Assembly (NCBI GenBank): GCA_963803805.1
Contig: CAWDOD010000002.1
Location: forward strand, 128,001 to 192,000
DNA from: an uncultured cyanobacterium
Lineage (GTDB): Bacteria > Cyanobacteriota > Cyanobacteriia > Cyanobacteriales > CAWCAG01
Reading direction: 5' to 3'
Length of the DNA: 64,000 nucleotides
In this document: positions 53,459-64,000 of the stretch, in pieces
Position numbering within the stretch: position 1 is the first letter of the stretch
Layout: each line of letters starts with the position of its first letter
Notes under the pieces: generated by a model
Databases searched by the model: none
What the model was told of the DNA's origin: nothing
Seen by the model: only the letters and a program-made list of their open reading frames with translations
Program-made: the position numbers and the translations under genes

Positions 53459-54820
53459 TCACAATTGCAAACATAAATCTCGAAAATGTTTACCTCGATG
53501 TTCAAAACTACGATATTGATCAAAGCTAGCACAAGCTGGAGAAAGTAAGACAACAGATGCACCTTGTTGCTGGGCAAGTTCTAACCCCCTACTTACGGCA
53601 TTGTCCATAGTTTCTACAACTTCATAGTTTTCATAGCCAAACTGTTGCAATCGTTCTGCAAAATGGGGTGCAGCTTCACCAATTAGTAACACCGCCAAGG
53701 CTTTGTCAACAATAGTTTTTAACCAAGAAGTATCATCCCCTTCCTTTGCCTCTCCCCCAGCAATTAAAATAGCAGGAGTTGCCACAGAGTTTAAACCAAC
53801 TATGGCTGCATCATAATTAGTTGCTTTGCTATCATTAATAAAATCAATTCCTTCAATTGTACAAATGCGTTCCAAGCGATGAGGAACTCCAGGGAATTTT
53901 TCAATTCCTTGCTTAATTGCGGCTTGATCAATTCCAGCTAACCTAGCTGCGGCAACTGCCATTAAAAGGTTTTGTTGATTGTGTTCTCCCACCATTTTCA
54001 AGGATTTAATAGGTAGGATTTTTTCCCCGAAAGCGATTACCCAACCATCCTCAAGATAAACACCTTTTTCCGGTTTACCTAATAGTTGATTTTTACCTTT
54101 AATACTCGTCCAACAAGCATTTGGCCAACTTTCTAGACCCTTATTTCTTAAATAGAGGTCATCACCATTAATTATTTGTTGCTGACAACGTTGCAGTAAA
54201 GTAGCTTTGATATTGTAGTAATTTTCTAGGGTATGATGACGTTCAAGATGATCTGCTGTCAAAGTGGTAAAAATACCAATTTGGGGTGCAAGTTCCCGCG
54301 AAGATTCAATTTGATAACTACTAATTTCTGCAATTATCCAATCAGGGTTAGTAGACTCAAAATGGGCTTTGATTCCCAAATCACAGGCAGCATAACCGAT
54401 ATTGCCGCAGGCAGGGGCAGATAACCCCGCCGCTTGGAAAATAGCGGCGGTTAAAGCAGTGGTGGTTGTTTTACCGTTAGTTCCGGTGATACCTACCCAA
54501 GGGGAGGAGTGGAGGTAGCGCCAAGCTAATTCCATTTCACCAATAGTATCAACACCTTGACTTCTTGCTTTCACCAATAGAGGAATGTCCCAAGGTACTC
54601 CGGGACTCACCACTAATAAATCGGGTAGTTTTGTTTCTGTGAGGTTAGGAGTATGCCCCAACTTAACGGTAATACCTTCTTCTTCTAAAGCTTGCTTCTT
54701 TTTCTCTAAGGTGGGATTATTATTGCTATCGCTCAACTCCACATCCCAACCTTTCAGCTTCAACAACCGCGCTGAAGTTGTTCCTGATCTACCTACTCCA
54801 ATTATGTAAGCTTGAACCAT
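53459..54820 (-). CDS. murD: UDP-N-acetylmuramoyl-L-alanine--D-glutamate ligase
   Basis: SPGVP, ITGTNGKTTT, EISSYQ, NDSKATN, LSPACASFDQY. Confidence 0.96.
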   Translation of the reverse strand: MVQAYIIGVGRSGTTSARLLKLKGWDVELSDSNNNPTLEKKKQALEEEGITVKLGHTPNLTETKLPDLLVVSPGVPWDIPLLVKARSQGVDTIGEMELAWRYLHSSPWVGITGTNGKTTTTALTAAIFQAAGLSAPACGNIGYAACDLGIKAHFESTNPDWIIAEISSYQIESSRELAPQIGIFTTLTADHLERHHTLENYYNIKATLLQRCQQQIINGDDLYLRNKGLESWPNACWTSIKGKNQLLGKPEKGVYLEDGWVIAFGEKILPIKSLKMVGEHNQQNLLMAVAAARLAGIDQAAIKQGIEKFPGVPHRLERICTIEGIDFINDSKATNYDAAIVGLNSVATPAILIAGGEAKEGDDTSWLKTIVDKALAVLLIGEAAPHFAERLQQFGYENYEVVETMDNAVSRGLELAQQQGASVVLLSPACASFDQYRSFEHRGKHFRDLCLQL

Positions 54821-54878
54821 AAAATCTAATTGCCCCAAGTTTTTAGCATTTTACAATAATGTTTTCGGTTAGTTGTTA

Positions 54879-55421
54879 CTAAACTAATTCTTTCCCCAAA
54901 AACTCTATAGCTTCCTCACACCAACCAATATAATTCTCTTCGTAGCGAATACCTTGACGTAGGGTTAAATATTGGCATTTGTGGGTAAAAGATAACTGGT
55001 GAGGTTGAGGAAAATTTTCTTGGGCAATACCTCTATACACATCTAATTGGCGCTTATGTAATTGACGGTGACGTTCTAACTCTCTGATCAGGGTTTGGGG
55101 CTTGACTAAGTAGCCTGCAAATAATTTAACCAGAACTTCTTCTTTGTGTGGACTAACTTTGCCCGGTTTAGCTATCCACTCAATAATTTTTTCTTTACCT
55201 AATGTGGTCAAAGAGTAAATTTTTTTGTTAGGACGACCTTCTTGAGTGATCGTTTTAGCAAAAATCCAGCTTTTTTCCTCTAACTTATTTAACTCCCTGT
55301 AAATTTGCTGATGGCTTGCTTGCCAGAAAAAACTCACTGAGGAATCAAACTTTTTGGCGATGTCGTAGCCGCTAGCTGCTTCGTCGGTTAGGGTAGCTAA
55401 AATTGCATAGGTCAAACTCAT
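54879..55421 (-). CDS. PadR-family transcriptional regulator
   Basis: SGYDIAKKF...WQASHQQIYRELNKLE...RPNKKIYSLT..G. Confidence 0.92.
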   Translation of the reverse strand: MSLTYAILATLTDEAASGYDIAKKFDSSVSFFWQASHQQIYRELNKLEEKSWIFAKTITQEGRPNKKIYSLTTLGKEKIIEWIAKPGKVSPHKEEVLVKLFAGYLVKPQTLIRELERHRQLHKRQLDVYRGIAQENFPQPHQLSFTHKCQYLTLRQGIRYEENYIGWCEEAIEFLGKELV

Positions 55422-55585
55422 AAGTACTTGGACAAAATTAATTTAACATTTGGTTAGGAATAGGGAACAGCCTTAATTCAAAATTCACAATTAAAAATTA
55501 AAACATACTTCGTTAATATTCACACGATTGCATAGTATATCATTTGCACAAATAGGGATATATTAACTTTCAAAAAAAGTTTTTG

Positions 55586-56707
55586 TCAGTCTAAGGTTGG
55601 TACAGTTTTAGGGATGGAAGAGGGGGAAGAGTTATCTTCCGGGGGATCAAAAGTTTCTCCTTCCGGGGCGGTGAAGATTAAGTCTCTAGGCTGGGGATTG
55701 GGACTTGGTTGCAAATTTGTGGGAGGAGGAGACTGCCCAAGATTCGGTAACTTTAAAGGACGCAAACTAAACCCATTATTACTTTCAACACCAAGATTAA
55801 TTTGTTCTAAGTTGGGAATTTTAGGTTGCAGACTATTGGTACTTATAGGTGGGGCCGTAGGAATAAATTCTGGAGACGAATTATTATTATTTATTGTCGG
55901 GGGAATTATGCCTACTTCTGGGGTAGTGAAGATTAAATCCTGGGAAGGAGGGCTTGGATTTTCTTGTTCTGGAGTAGGGGTTACTGCGGGAAGGGAATTA
56001 GTAGTTATGGGAGAGGACAGAGGAGTGTTGGAGGGAGGATCTTCTTCTAAATTAGGTAGGGGCGAGGGAATCTTTACCCCCACTACAGGAGGTGCAGCAT
56101 TGGTAATTTCGGCTTCTGGTTGAGGTGCGATCGCTGCTATGTAAGGTATGGGGGTTTCAATAGCGGTTAAGTCCCCAGTCAGGTAAATATGTCCAAGATC
56201 CCGACCATTGAAAATTCTTCTGGTGAAACGCCAACCAGGATTGAGGATAATTCTTTGGAAACCTTTATCTATACCCTTTGTTCTACCAATTTCGATGGGA
56301 ATAGTTACAGAACCTTGATTTGATTTTCCCACTAAAACAAGATCACCATCATCTTTAATGATCTCGATTTCATATTCTGGGGCTAAATCCTGTCCTTCTA
56401 AGCGAATTGAGTAATCATTACTACTATCCCGAATTTCGCAAATACCATCATAGTTAGATTGCTGAGGTAGGGGTTTAATGCGTTCAGGATTGGCACTGTT
56501 TTGTATCCAACAGGCGTAGGAGTCGTAGAGTTGTTCAACAATTACCAGTCGATAATTTTGAGGGCTATTGCCGAAAGGGGCAGCGATCGCCATAAAGCGA
56601 TTAGGATTAACTTCTGCGGTACTAAATTCGATGGCTGAAGTTAAACGAGGCTTGCTAAGGTGTAAAAAGCAAGTACTAGCAAGAATAACGACTAAAAACT
56701 TTTTCAT
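55586..56707 (-). CDS. DUF3747-domain secreted protein with Pro-rich tail
   Basis: Signal peptide; AIAAP, C..., DSSNDYSIR, IGRTKG, LNPGWRFTRRIFNGRDLGHIY. Confidence 0.75.
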   Translation of the reverse strand: MKKFLVVILASTCFLHLSKPRLTSAIEFSTAEVNPNRFMAIAAPFGNSPQNYRLVIVEQLYDSYACWIQNSANPERIKPLPQQSNYDGICEIRDSSNDYSIRLEGQDLAPEYEIEIIKDDGDLVLVGKSNQGSVTIPIEIGRTKGIDKGFQRIILNPGWRFTRRIFNGRDLGHIYLTGDLTAIETPIPYIAAIAPQPEAEITNAAPPVVGVKIPSPLPNLEEDPPSNTPLSSPITTNSLPAVTPTPEQENPSPPSQDLIFTTPEVGIIPPTINNNNSSPEFIPTAPPISTNSLQPKIPNLEQINLGVESNNGFSLRPLKLPNLGQSPPPTNLQPSPNPQPRDLIFTAPEGETFDPPEDNSSPSSIPKTVPTLD

Positions 56708-56849
56708 TGATCATTAAACATTTATCATTTGATCATCGATCTTTGCCTTAGAACCCTCTAAATGATAAGTCTAAAAAAGATTACTTTTGATTAAGCCAAG
56801 AGTAACCATTCCAGGGATAATAAGAGAGGAATGTTTACTATCAAAATCT

Positions 56850-57731
56850 GTGTCCATCAGTTTTCAAGGTATTATTGCCAAATTAAATCAATTTTGGAGC
56901 GATCGCGGCTGTCTAATCGCTCAACCCTATGATACAGAAAAGGGTGCGGGGACTATGAACCACCACACTTTTTTACGGGCCATAGGCCCTGAACCTTGGT
57001 CTGTTGCCTATGTTGAACCTTGCAGAAGACCAACGGATGGACGCTATGGAGAAAATCCTAATCGTTTTCAACATTATTATCAATATCAAGTTCTCATTAA
57101 ACCCTCTCCTAATCATATTCAAGAAGTTTATTTAGATTCCCTCAAAGCTTTGGGTATTCTGCCGGAAGACCATGATATTCGCTTTGTGGAAGATAATTGG
57201 GAATCACCTACTTTGGGGGCTTGGGGTGTTGGTTGGGAGGTTTGGTTAGATGGGATGGAAGTTACCCAGTTTACCTATTTCCAACAATGTGGCGGTATTG
57301 ATTGTCGTCCTGTTTCTATTGAAATAACCTATGGTTTGGAACGACTAGCTATGTATCTTCAAGATGTAGATGCCATGGTAAAAATTAGCTGGAATGATCA
57401 CCTTAGCTATGGTGATGTACATTTACAAGGGGAGATTGAACAATGTACCTACAACTTCACCGCTTCTGATCCTGATTTGCTTTTCAAACTCTTTGGTTTA
57501 TATGAACAAGAAGCTAAGCAATTAATTGACAAAGGTTTGGTTTTGCCCAGCCTTGATTATGTTTTGAAATGTTCCCATACCTTTAATTTACTAGATGCTA
57601 GAGGTGCGATCGCTGTAACAGAAAGAACCCGTTACATTGGTATGATTCGTAACTTAGCCCGGAAGGTGGCTCATTTATATTTACAACAAAGGGAGGATTT
57701 AGGCTATCCTTTGTTAATTCCTAGTGGCTAG
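56850..57731 (+). CDS. glyQ: Glycine--tRNA ligase alpha subunit
   Basis: [41 protein letters not shown]; probable GTG start. Confidence 0.96.
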   Translation: MSISFQGIIAKLNQFWSDRGCLIAQPYDTEKGAGTMNHHTFLRAIGPEPWSVAYVEPCRRPTDGRYGENPNRFQHYYQYQVLIKPSPNHIQEVYLDSLKALGILPEDHDIRFVEDNWESPTLGAWGVGWEVWLDGMEVTQFTYFQQCGGIDCRPVSIEITYGLERLAMYLQDVDAMVKISWNDHLSYGDVHLQGEIEQCTYNFTASDPDLLFKLFGLYEQEAKQLIDKGLVLPSLDYVLKCSHTFNLLDARGAIAVTERTRYIGMIRNLARKVAHLYLQQREDLGYPLLIPSG

Positions 57732-57758
57732 TGGCTAGTGGCTAGTAGCTAGTGGCTA
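57721..57758. repeat. Heptamer short tandem repeat (CTAGTGG)n
   Basis: About five units; similar short tandem arrays at 14072, 15458, 31681, 31776, 35351, 42968. Confidence 0.85.
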
Positions 57759-57807
57759 ATCGGAAACCTTATTTTATCCCTGACTCCTGATCTTCTGACC
57801 TCTAATT

Positions 57808-58278
57808 ATGACTAATTTTCTAGAACCTCTTGCTGCTTGGTTTCGTAGTTTGGGAATACCCGAACCCATCGTTCATTGGGGGCATCCTCTAATGATGGGA
57901 ATTGTTGTCTTTGTGATGGGGACTTTTGTGGGTTTAGCTGGCTGGCGTGGGCGTACTGCTGAAGAAGGTGAAGTTGCTATCAAAAGTAAGCAAGATCATC
58001 GCAAACTCGCCCCTTGGTTATTTTTGTTCCTAGCCACTGGTTATACCGGAGGGGTTTTATCTTTGGTTATGCAACAGCAACCCATCCTAGAAAGTCCTCA
58101 TTTTTGGACAGGTTCAGTGGTAATTGGTTTACTTACTATTAATGGAGTACTTTCAGCAACTAAGTTTGGGGACAACCAACCTGGGTTACGTACAGTCCAT
58201 GCTTATGTAGGAACTATAGCCCTTGGTTTACTTTTCGTTCATGCTTTATTGGGTTTGAAGTTAGGTTTAGCGATTTAG
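57808..58278 (+). CDS. DUF4079 family membrane protein
   Basis: HWGHPLMM, HRKLAP, SPHFWTG, HAYVG, HALLG conserved His residues. Confidence 0.8.
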   Translation: MTNFLEPLAAWFRSLGIPEPIVHWGHPLMMGIVVFVMGTFVGLAGWRGRTAEEGEVAIKSKQDHRKLAPWLFLFLATGYTGGVLSLVMQQQPILESPHFWTGSVVIGLLTINGVLSATKFGDNQPGLRTVHAYVGTIALGLLFVHALLGLKLGLAI

Positions 58279-58348
58279 AATTAGAACCGTAAGCTAAAAC
58301 CCTTTTTCAAAGGTATTTTTAACTCTTTTAGGTTATTGATGAATTAGC

Positions 58349-59731
58349 TCACTTACCTATACAAAAACGGCTGAAAATTCTTTCTAACACTGATTCTGTC
58401 ACCTCTTCCCCAGTTATTTCTCCTAAAGCTTGGATTGCACTTCTAGAATCAATTGTCCAAAAATCTAAGGGGAGTTTGTTGTTAATAGTTACTTGAACTT
58501 GTTCTAGGGCAACTTTGGTGCGGATTAGGGTAGCAGCTTGACGCTGATTAATAGCTAAATCTGTATCAGCAGCAGTGATATTTTCAGTTTGAACAGATTG
58601 GAGAATCGCCTTTTCTAAACTATCTATACCTTGATTATGGGCGGCGGAGGTGGTAACTACGATTTTGATTTGAGGAGGATAACCAACTTGATCGCCAGAA
58701 GCTAAATCAGTTTTATTAATTACCAAAATAACAGGCAAATGTTGCACTTGTTGGTATATAGCTTCATCTTCTGATCTCCAACCTTTTTGGGCATCAATAG
58801 TCAGTAAAACTAAATCAGCATTTTGTGCTGCTTGGCGCGATCTCTCCACTCCAATTTGTTCTACCGTGTCAGTTGTGGCACGAATTCCGGCAGTGTCTAA
58901 AACCTGGATTGGTATACCACCCACCACTAATTGAGATTCTACTACGTCCCGGGTAGTACCGGGTAGAGGCGTAACTATGGCGCGATCGCTTCTACTCCAA
59001 GTATTTAATAAACTAGATTTTCCCACATTGGGTTGTCCGACAATAGCAACTTTTAAGCCACTGCGAAGTAATTCTCCTTGGTGGGCAGTGGCGAGGATTT
59101 TTTTAACCTTTGCTAATACTTTTTGCAAATTGGCAACTACCTCTTCTTCATCCAAGGGAGGTAAGTCATCTTCAAAATCAATCCTCGCTTCCACCTCTGC
59201 CAAAACATCCAAACATTGACCCCGCAACTCTTTAATTGGTTGAGCGAGTTTACCTTGCAACCCGGCTAAAGCAACCTTTGCTGCTTGGGGAGATTTTGCC
59301 CCAACAATATCTGCTATGCCCTCTGCTTGGGTCAAATCAACTCTACCATTAAGGAAAGCTCTGAGGGTAAATTCCCCCGGTTGAGCAAGTCTTGCCCCTG
59401 CTTCCAAGCACAATTGTAATACTTGCTGCACCGGAATAATCCCACCGTGACAGTGAAACTCCACCACATCCTCGCGGGTAAAGGAACGAGGTGCTTTCAT
59501 AATTGCTAGTAAAGCTTCATCAATGGTTTCTTGACTTTGAGGATGGCGAATATAACCATAGAGGAGGCGATGACTTGCCCATGTTTGCTTACCTGGGGCA
59601 TAAAAAACCTTCTTCCCTATATCTAAAGCCGTTGCCCCTGACAAGCGCACAATACCAATACTACCCTGACTAGGAACTACCGCCGTGGCGATCGCCGCTA
59701 TGGTTTCTCCTTGGCTTGGGACATTTGTCAT
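58349..59731 (-). CDS. mnmE: tRNA modification GTPase MnmE
   Basis: [44 protein letters not shown]. Confidence 0.97.
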   Translation of the reverse strand: MTNVPSQGETIAAIATAVVPSQGSIGIVRLSGATALDIGKKVFYAPGKQTWASHRLLYGYIRHPQSQETIDEALLAIMKAPRSFTREDVVEFHCHGGIIPVQQVLQLCLEAGARLAQPGEFTLRAFLNGRVDLTQAEGIADIVGAKSPQAAKVALAGLQGKLAQPIKELRGQCLDVLAEVEARIDFEDDLPPLDEEEVVANLQKVLAKVKKILATAHQGELLRSGLKVAIVGQPNVGKSSLLNTWSRSDRAIVTPLPGTTRDVVESQLVVGGIPIQVLDTAGIRATTDTVEQIGVERSRQAAQNADLVLLTIDAQKGWRSEDEAIYQQVQHLPVILVINKTDLASGDQVGYPPQIKIVVTTSAAHNQGIDSLEKAILQSVQTENITAADTDLAINQRQAATLIRTKVALEQVQVTINNKLPLDFWTIDSRSAIQALGEITGEEVTESVLERIFSRFCIGK

Positions 59732-59832
59732 TTAACATTTGTGTATTTTACAGAGGTTGCTTTTGCAACTAGAGAATTATCCTATTCCCTGTTCCCGGCA
59801 AACAATATAAATGTCTGACAGCTTAGCAATTG

Positions 59833-59982
59833 CTATTTTTCATCTAAACGATGAGAAACATACTTTCCATAATAAACACAAAAACGAGCAAACTTCCGTG
59901 ACAACTTAATATAATTGCGGTTTGAATTAGTAGATTCTTGAACCTTGGTGTTTGCTAAAACACGATTTCTTATCCTTAACAT
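59833..59982 (-). CDS. Putative 49-aa basic small protein
   Basis: GAGAGGGTGATT-ATG RBS; MLRIRNRVLANTKV...YYGKYVSHRLDEK; divergent from the MocR gene. Confidence 0.45.
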   Translation of the reverse strand: MLRIRNRVLANTKVQESTNSNRNYIKLSRKFARFCVYYGKYVSHRLDEK

Positions 59983-60074
59983 AATCACCCTCTCATCATT
60001 GATTATCTGTCTTTGATTCAATTATCTAAAAACTTTCCACCACTTATCAGAGTCAATAATGTTAAATTATCACC

Positions 60075-60157
60075 AGTACAGTTACTATTTTGGCAACTGT
60101 TATGCAGCTTTATCGGCTTAACTGTACTCCTTCTTTAAAAATCAAACTATAACTGTT
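60075..60157. promoter_or_regulatory. Putative MocR operator (AACTGT boxes)
   Basis: Perfect inverted pair AGTACAGTTA (60075) / TAACTGTACT (60119) plus AACTGTT at 60095 and 60151. Confidence 0.55.
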
Positions 60158-60171
60158 CAAACGGATTTGAC

Positions 60172-61635
60172 ATGAAACTTCTTCTTCCTGATAAAACTTT
60201 AGGGCGCAAACTTTATGAACAAGTAGCTGACAGTATTCAGACTTTAATCAATGAAGGTACTTTACAACCAGGAGATCGCCTTCCTTCTGTTCGTAAGCTT
60301 CGTCAACAGTTAGGAGTGAGTATTTCCACAATTTTAGAAGCTTACCGCTTACTGGAAGATGAGGGGCTAATTGCTGTTCGTCCCCAGTCTGGTTATTATG
60401 TCAAACAATCTCCTTATCTATCTCCTCATGAACCTATTCCTTATGTTCCTTGCTTCAAGATTTTACCTATAGATAATTCTTTAGCCTTTCAGGTACATAG
60501 CGACATCCGCGATCGCCAAACTTTAAAATTAGGGGCAGCAGTTCCTGCACCGGAACTATTCCCCACAGCAGCCCTAAACCGACTTATGGCTAAAGTAATT
60601 CGGGCTGAACCAGAATTAGTTCATAGTTACAATGTTCCCCCTGGCTGTGCTGCCCTACGCCAAGAAGTAGCTAAGCGGTTGATGGATGCAGGTTGTTCTT
60701 TAGCCCCCGAACAAATTGTTATTACTAACGGTGCTAGTGAAGCTGTTTATCTTTCCCTCAAAGCTGTCACCAAACCGGGGGATACCGTCGCTATTGAATC
60801 TCCCTGTTACTATGGCATCTTAGAAGCCTTAGAAGCGTTGCACCTTAAAGCCTTGGAGTTACCTACACATCCTCGCGAAGGCATCTCCTTAGCCCATTTA
60901 GAAGCCGCTTTAGTGAAAAAACAAATAGCTGCTTGCATTGTCGTCTCGAACTTCAGCAATCCTTTAGGTCACACCATGGGGGATTCCAACAAGCAGGAAT
61001 TAATCACACTTCTCAACCGTTACGACATACCTTTAGTAGAGGACGATGTTTATGGAGAAATTTACTTTGGTAAAGTGCGACCCAAAGCCATCAAAGCTTT
61101 TGATACCCAATGCCGAGTTCTTTACTGTGGTTCAATTAGCAAAACTCTCTCTTCTGGTTTACGGGTAGGTTGGTGTATACCAGGACTTTACCGAGCTAGG
61201 GTAGAACAGTTAAAATTAGTCATTAATATGAGTGCAGCTATTGCTCCTCAACTTACGGTAGCAGCGTTTTTAAGCAACGGAGGTTATGAGCGTCACCTTC
61301 GCCAACTACGTCGCACCTATCAATTGCAAATGTCTCAGATGAGCCAAGCAATTGGTCAATATTTCCCTTCAGAAACCCGTGTTACCCGTCCCCAAGGAGG
61401 TCATGTTTTGTGGCTTGAACTTCCCCCAGAATTTGAGGTTATGGAACTTTACCAAGAAGCATTACAAGCAAAAATCAGCATTGCCCCTGGAGTGATTTTT
61501 TCCCCTTCTGGTAGTTACAGTAACTGCTTGCGTCTCAATTGTGGTTTACCTTGGTCAGAACTCATTGAACAAGCAATGCAAACTTTGGGAATGTTAGCGA
61601 AGAAGCAGTTAGCAAAGAAGATACTAGCTAATTAA
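60172..61635 (+). CDS. MocR/GntR-family PLP-dependent transcriptional regulator
   Basis: LYEQVAD..LPSVR..S.ST...AY..LE wHTH; ESPCY, SNPLG, EDDVY, SISKTL..GLRVGW. Confidence 0.93.
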   Translation: MKLLLPDKTLGRKLYEQVADSIQTLINEGTLQPGDRLPSVRKLRQQLGVSISTILEAYRLLEDEGLIAVRPQSGYYVKQSPYLSPHEPIPYVPCFKILPIDNSLAFQVHSDIRDRQTLKLGAAVPAPELFPTAALNRLMAKVIRAEPELVHSYNVPPGCAALRQEVAKRLMDAGCSLAPEQIVITNGASEAVYLSLKAVTKPGDTVAIESPCYYGILEALEALHLKALELPTHPREGISLAHLEAALVKKQIAACIVVSNFSNPLGHTMGDSNKQELITLLNRYDIPLVEDDVYGEIYFGKVRPKAIKAFDTQCRVLYCGSISKTLSSGLRVGWCIPGLYRARVEQLKLVINMSAAIAPQLTVAAFLSNGGYERHLRQLRRTYQLQMSQMSQAIGQYFPSETRVTRPQGGHVLWLELPPEFEVMELYQEALQAKISIAPGVIFSPSGSYSNCLRLNCGLPWSELIEQAMQTLGMLAKKQLAKKILAN

Positions 61636-61652
61636 CTAGTCTTATAATACCT

Positions 61653-61767
61653 TATAGCAATTCTCTTACTGGTGAGGTACTAAGTTCTTGGTTTGGGGAG
61701 CAGGGAGCAGGGAGCAGGGAGCATTAGGAAAAGAAGAGTGTACCTCATGTAACTCAGAATTGCTATA
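61653..61767. mobile_element. MITE-like inverted-repeat element with internal (GGGAGCA)4
   Basis: TATAGCAATTCT...TGAGGTAC ... GTACCTCA...AGAATTGCTATA; TA-bounded ends. Confidence 0.75.
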
Positions 61768-61902
61768 TAAGAATCTCTTACTTTGGAAATTAATCTATCC
61801 TACTTCTTAAAAGAACTATATCGATAATCCCCACCCCTGGTTGAGATCCTATAAAGTGTGAAATAGACAAAATGACCGTAGAATCTAAATCTATACACTT
61901 GT

Positions 61903-63810
61903 ATGCACATAAGTGAAATAACCCATCCTAACCAATTGCACGGTCTGTCGGTGCGTCAGCTAGAAAATATTGCCCGTCAGATAAGAGAAAAACATTTAGA
62001 AACAGTTTCCGCCAGCGGTGGTCATTTGGGGCCAGGTTTAGGGGTGGTGGAATTAACCATCGCCCTTTACCAAACCCTTGACCTCGACAAGGATAAAGTA
62101 ATTTGGGATGTCGGCCACCAAGCTTATCCCCACAAAATGTTAACGGGGAGATATCACGACTTCCATACCTTGCGCCAAAAAAATGGTGTAGCAGGCTATT
62201 GTAAGCGTAGTGAAAGTAAGTTCGACCATTTCGGGGCTGGTCATGCTTCTACTAGCATTTCTGCTGCTTTAGGCATGGCCTTGGCTAGGGATGCTAAAGG
62301 AGAAGATTCCAAAGCCGTCGCCGTAATTGGTGATGGGGCTTTAACAGGAGGAATGGCCTTAGAAGCTATCAACCACGCTGGACACTTACCCCATACTAGG
62401 TTGATGGTGGTTTTGAATGACAATGAAATGTCTATTTCTCCTAATGTCGGAGCCATTTCTCGCTATCTTAACAAAGTACGTCTCTCTCCCCCAGTACAAT
62501 TCCTTTCTGGGAATTTAGAAGAACAGTTTAAGCAAATACCCTTCGTTGGTGAATCTCTTTCCCCAGATATGGAAAGAGTCAAAGAGGGAATGAAGCGTCT
62601 TGCTGTACCGAAAGTGGGGGCTGTGATTGAAGAATTAGGCTTTAAATACTTCGGTCCCATTGATGGACACAACCTCGAAGAATTAATTGCTACCTTTAAG
62701 CGGGCCCACCAAGTTAAGGGGCCAGTATTGGTTCATGTGGCGACCATTAAAGGTAAAGGTTATGAAATTGCTGAAAAAGACCAAGTAGGCTATCATGCCC
62801 AAAAACCCTTTAACTTGGCCACAGGTAAAGCTAATCCTTCCAATAAGCCTACTCCTCCCGGCTATTCTAAAGTTTTTGCCCATACTTTAACTAAATTAGC
62901 AGAAAATGATAGCAAAATTATTGGTATCACTGCGGCAATGGCTACTGGGACAGGGTTAGACAAACTACAGAAGAAATTGCCTAAGCAATATATTGATGTC
63001 GGTATCGCCGAACAACACGCCGTTACCCTGGCTGCTGGTTTAGCTTGTGAAGGAATGCGTCCTGTAGCTACTATTTACTCTACCTTTTTACAAAGAGCTT
63101 ATGACCAAGTTATTCACGACGTTTGTATCCAAAAACTACCTGTGTTTTTCTGTTTAGATCGCGCTGGTATTGTTGGTGCTGACGGCCCTACCCACCAAGG
63201 AATGTACGACATTGCTTATATGCGCTGCTTACCTAATATGGTGGTGATGGCCCCTAAAGATGAAGCCGAGTTGCAGAGAATGGTGGTAACAGGCATTAAC
63301 TATACTAAAGGCCCCATAACAATGCGTTATCCCCGTGGTAACGGTATTGGTGTTCCTTTAATGGAAGATGGTTGGGAACCGATCGAAATTGGTAAAGGAG
63401 AAATTCTACGCCACGGTGACGACGTTTTATTGTTAGGCTATGGTGCGATGGTTTATCCTACCTTGCAAGTAGCAGAAATTCTTAATGAACACGGTGTTCA
63501 AGCAACAGTAGTTAATGCCCGCTTTACTAAACCTTTAGATACAGAGTTGATTTTGCCTTTAGCAAAACGCATTGGTAAAGTCGTTACCTTAGAAGAAGGT
63601 TGTTTGATGGGAGGTTTTGGTTCTGCCGTAGGAGAGGCTTTGTTAGATAACAATATCCAAGCTTCCTTAAAGCGTTTCGGTATTCCTGACCTTTTAGTAG
63701 ATCATGCTACTGCCAATGAATCTAAAGCAGATTTGGGTTTGACACCGCAACAAGTTGCTGAAAAAACTTTGAAAATTTTCTTTAGTAAGCAACCTTCTAG
63801 CATTAGCTAA
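61903..63810 (+). CDS. dxs: 1-deoxy-D-xylulose-5-phosphate synthase
   Basis: [49 protein letters not shown]. Confidence 0.97.
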   Translation: MHISEITHPNQLHGLSVRQLENIARQIREKHLETVSASGGHLGPGLGVVELTIALYQTLDLDKDKVIWDVGHQAYPHKMLTGRYHDFHTLRQKNGVAGYCKRSESKFDHFGAGHASTSISAALGMALARDAKGEDSKAVAVIGDGALTGGMALEAINHAGHLPHTRLMVVLNDNEMSISPNVGAISRYLNKVRLSPPVQFLSGNLEEQFKQIPFVGESLSPDMERVKEGMKRLAVPKVGAVIEELGFKYFGPIDGHNLEELIATFKRAHQVKGPVLVHVATIKGKGYEIAEKDQVGYHAQKPFNLATGKANPSNKPTPPGYSKVFAHTLTKLAENDSKIIGITAAMATGTGLDKLQKKLPKQYIDVGIAEQHAVTLAAGLACEGMRPVATIYSTFLQRAYDQVIHDVCIQKLPVFFCLDRAGIVGADGPTHQGMYDIAYMRCLPNMVVMAPKDEAELQRMVVTGINYTKGPITMRYPRGNGIGVPLMEDGWEPIEIGKGEILRHGDDVLLLGYGAMVYPTLQVAEILNEHGVQATVVNARFTKPLDTELILPLAKRIGKVVTLEEGCLMGGFGSAVGEALLDNNIQASLKRFGIPDLLVDHATANESKADLGLTPQQVAEKTLKIFFSKQPSSIS

Positions 63811-63824
63811 AGTAGCTAAAGTAT

Positions 63825-63863
63825 TTGTAGAGGCGTTCAATAATGGATGTAGCGTCTCTACAA
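63825..63863. repeat. REP-like GTAG palindrome
   Basis: TTGTAGAGGCG...CGTCTCTACAA. Confidence 0.65.
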
Positions 63864-63892
63864 CCGGAAAAAGAGAAGAAGAGGAGAATAAA

Positions 63893-64000
63893 ATGGAAGC
63901 TACAAAAGTCAACTGTGCTGAAGACTGCATTGACGGCTGTATTTTAGGAGATAAATGTCCAAACCTAGAATATGCTGATTCGGCCTCCCAATTTGTGAGT
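63893..64000 (+). CDS. Small Cys-rich hypothetical protein (partial, runs off window)
   Basis: GAGGAG RBS; MEATKVNCAEDCIDGCILGDKCPNLEY. Confidence 0.7.
   Translation, partial: MEATKVNCAEDCIDGCILGDKCPNLEYADSASQFVS

Noticed and set aside
55614..56123. 169-aa Gly-rich plus-strand ORF
   Set aside because: Antisense shadow of the Pro-rich tail of the DUF3747 gene

Overview
AT-rich cyanobacterial chromosomal DNA, identified by frequent HIP1 octamers (GCGATCGC, e.g. 1176, 1352), heptamer tandem repeats and marker genes (sqdB/sqdX, ftrV, glnN, patD-like, intein-containing dnaB). Most of the window is housekeeping and signalling genes: sulfolipid synthesis, ureDAB, tldD/pmbA, GSIII, two parA paralogues, prx-cysK, mlaE, dnaB, rel, c-di-GMP enzymes, a heme-c hybrid kinase, a Ser/Thr kinase, murD, glyQ, mnmE, a MocR regulator and dxs. 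It also holds one complete IS630-family element, several MITE/REP-like repeats and decayed gene remnants (Uma2, xisH/xisI, response regulator). Eight conserved genes carry nine single-base frameshifts, most likely long-read sequencing errors. I found no rRNA, tRNA or CRISPR array, and no clear-cut novel multi-gene system. The best leads lie outside the obvious ORFs: a Yfr2 sRNA, an NsiR1-like sRNA candidate, a two-copy promoter-led ~130-nt element, a MocR regulator facing a 49-aa ORF across AACTGT boxes, a rel/REC-HPt/diguanylate-cyclase cluster and a natural 175-aa DnaB mini-intein. All family assignments come from motif recognition by eye; no searches were run.
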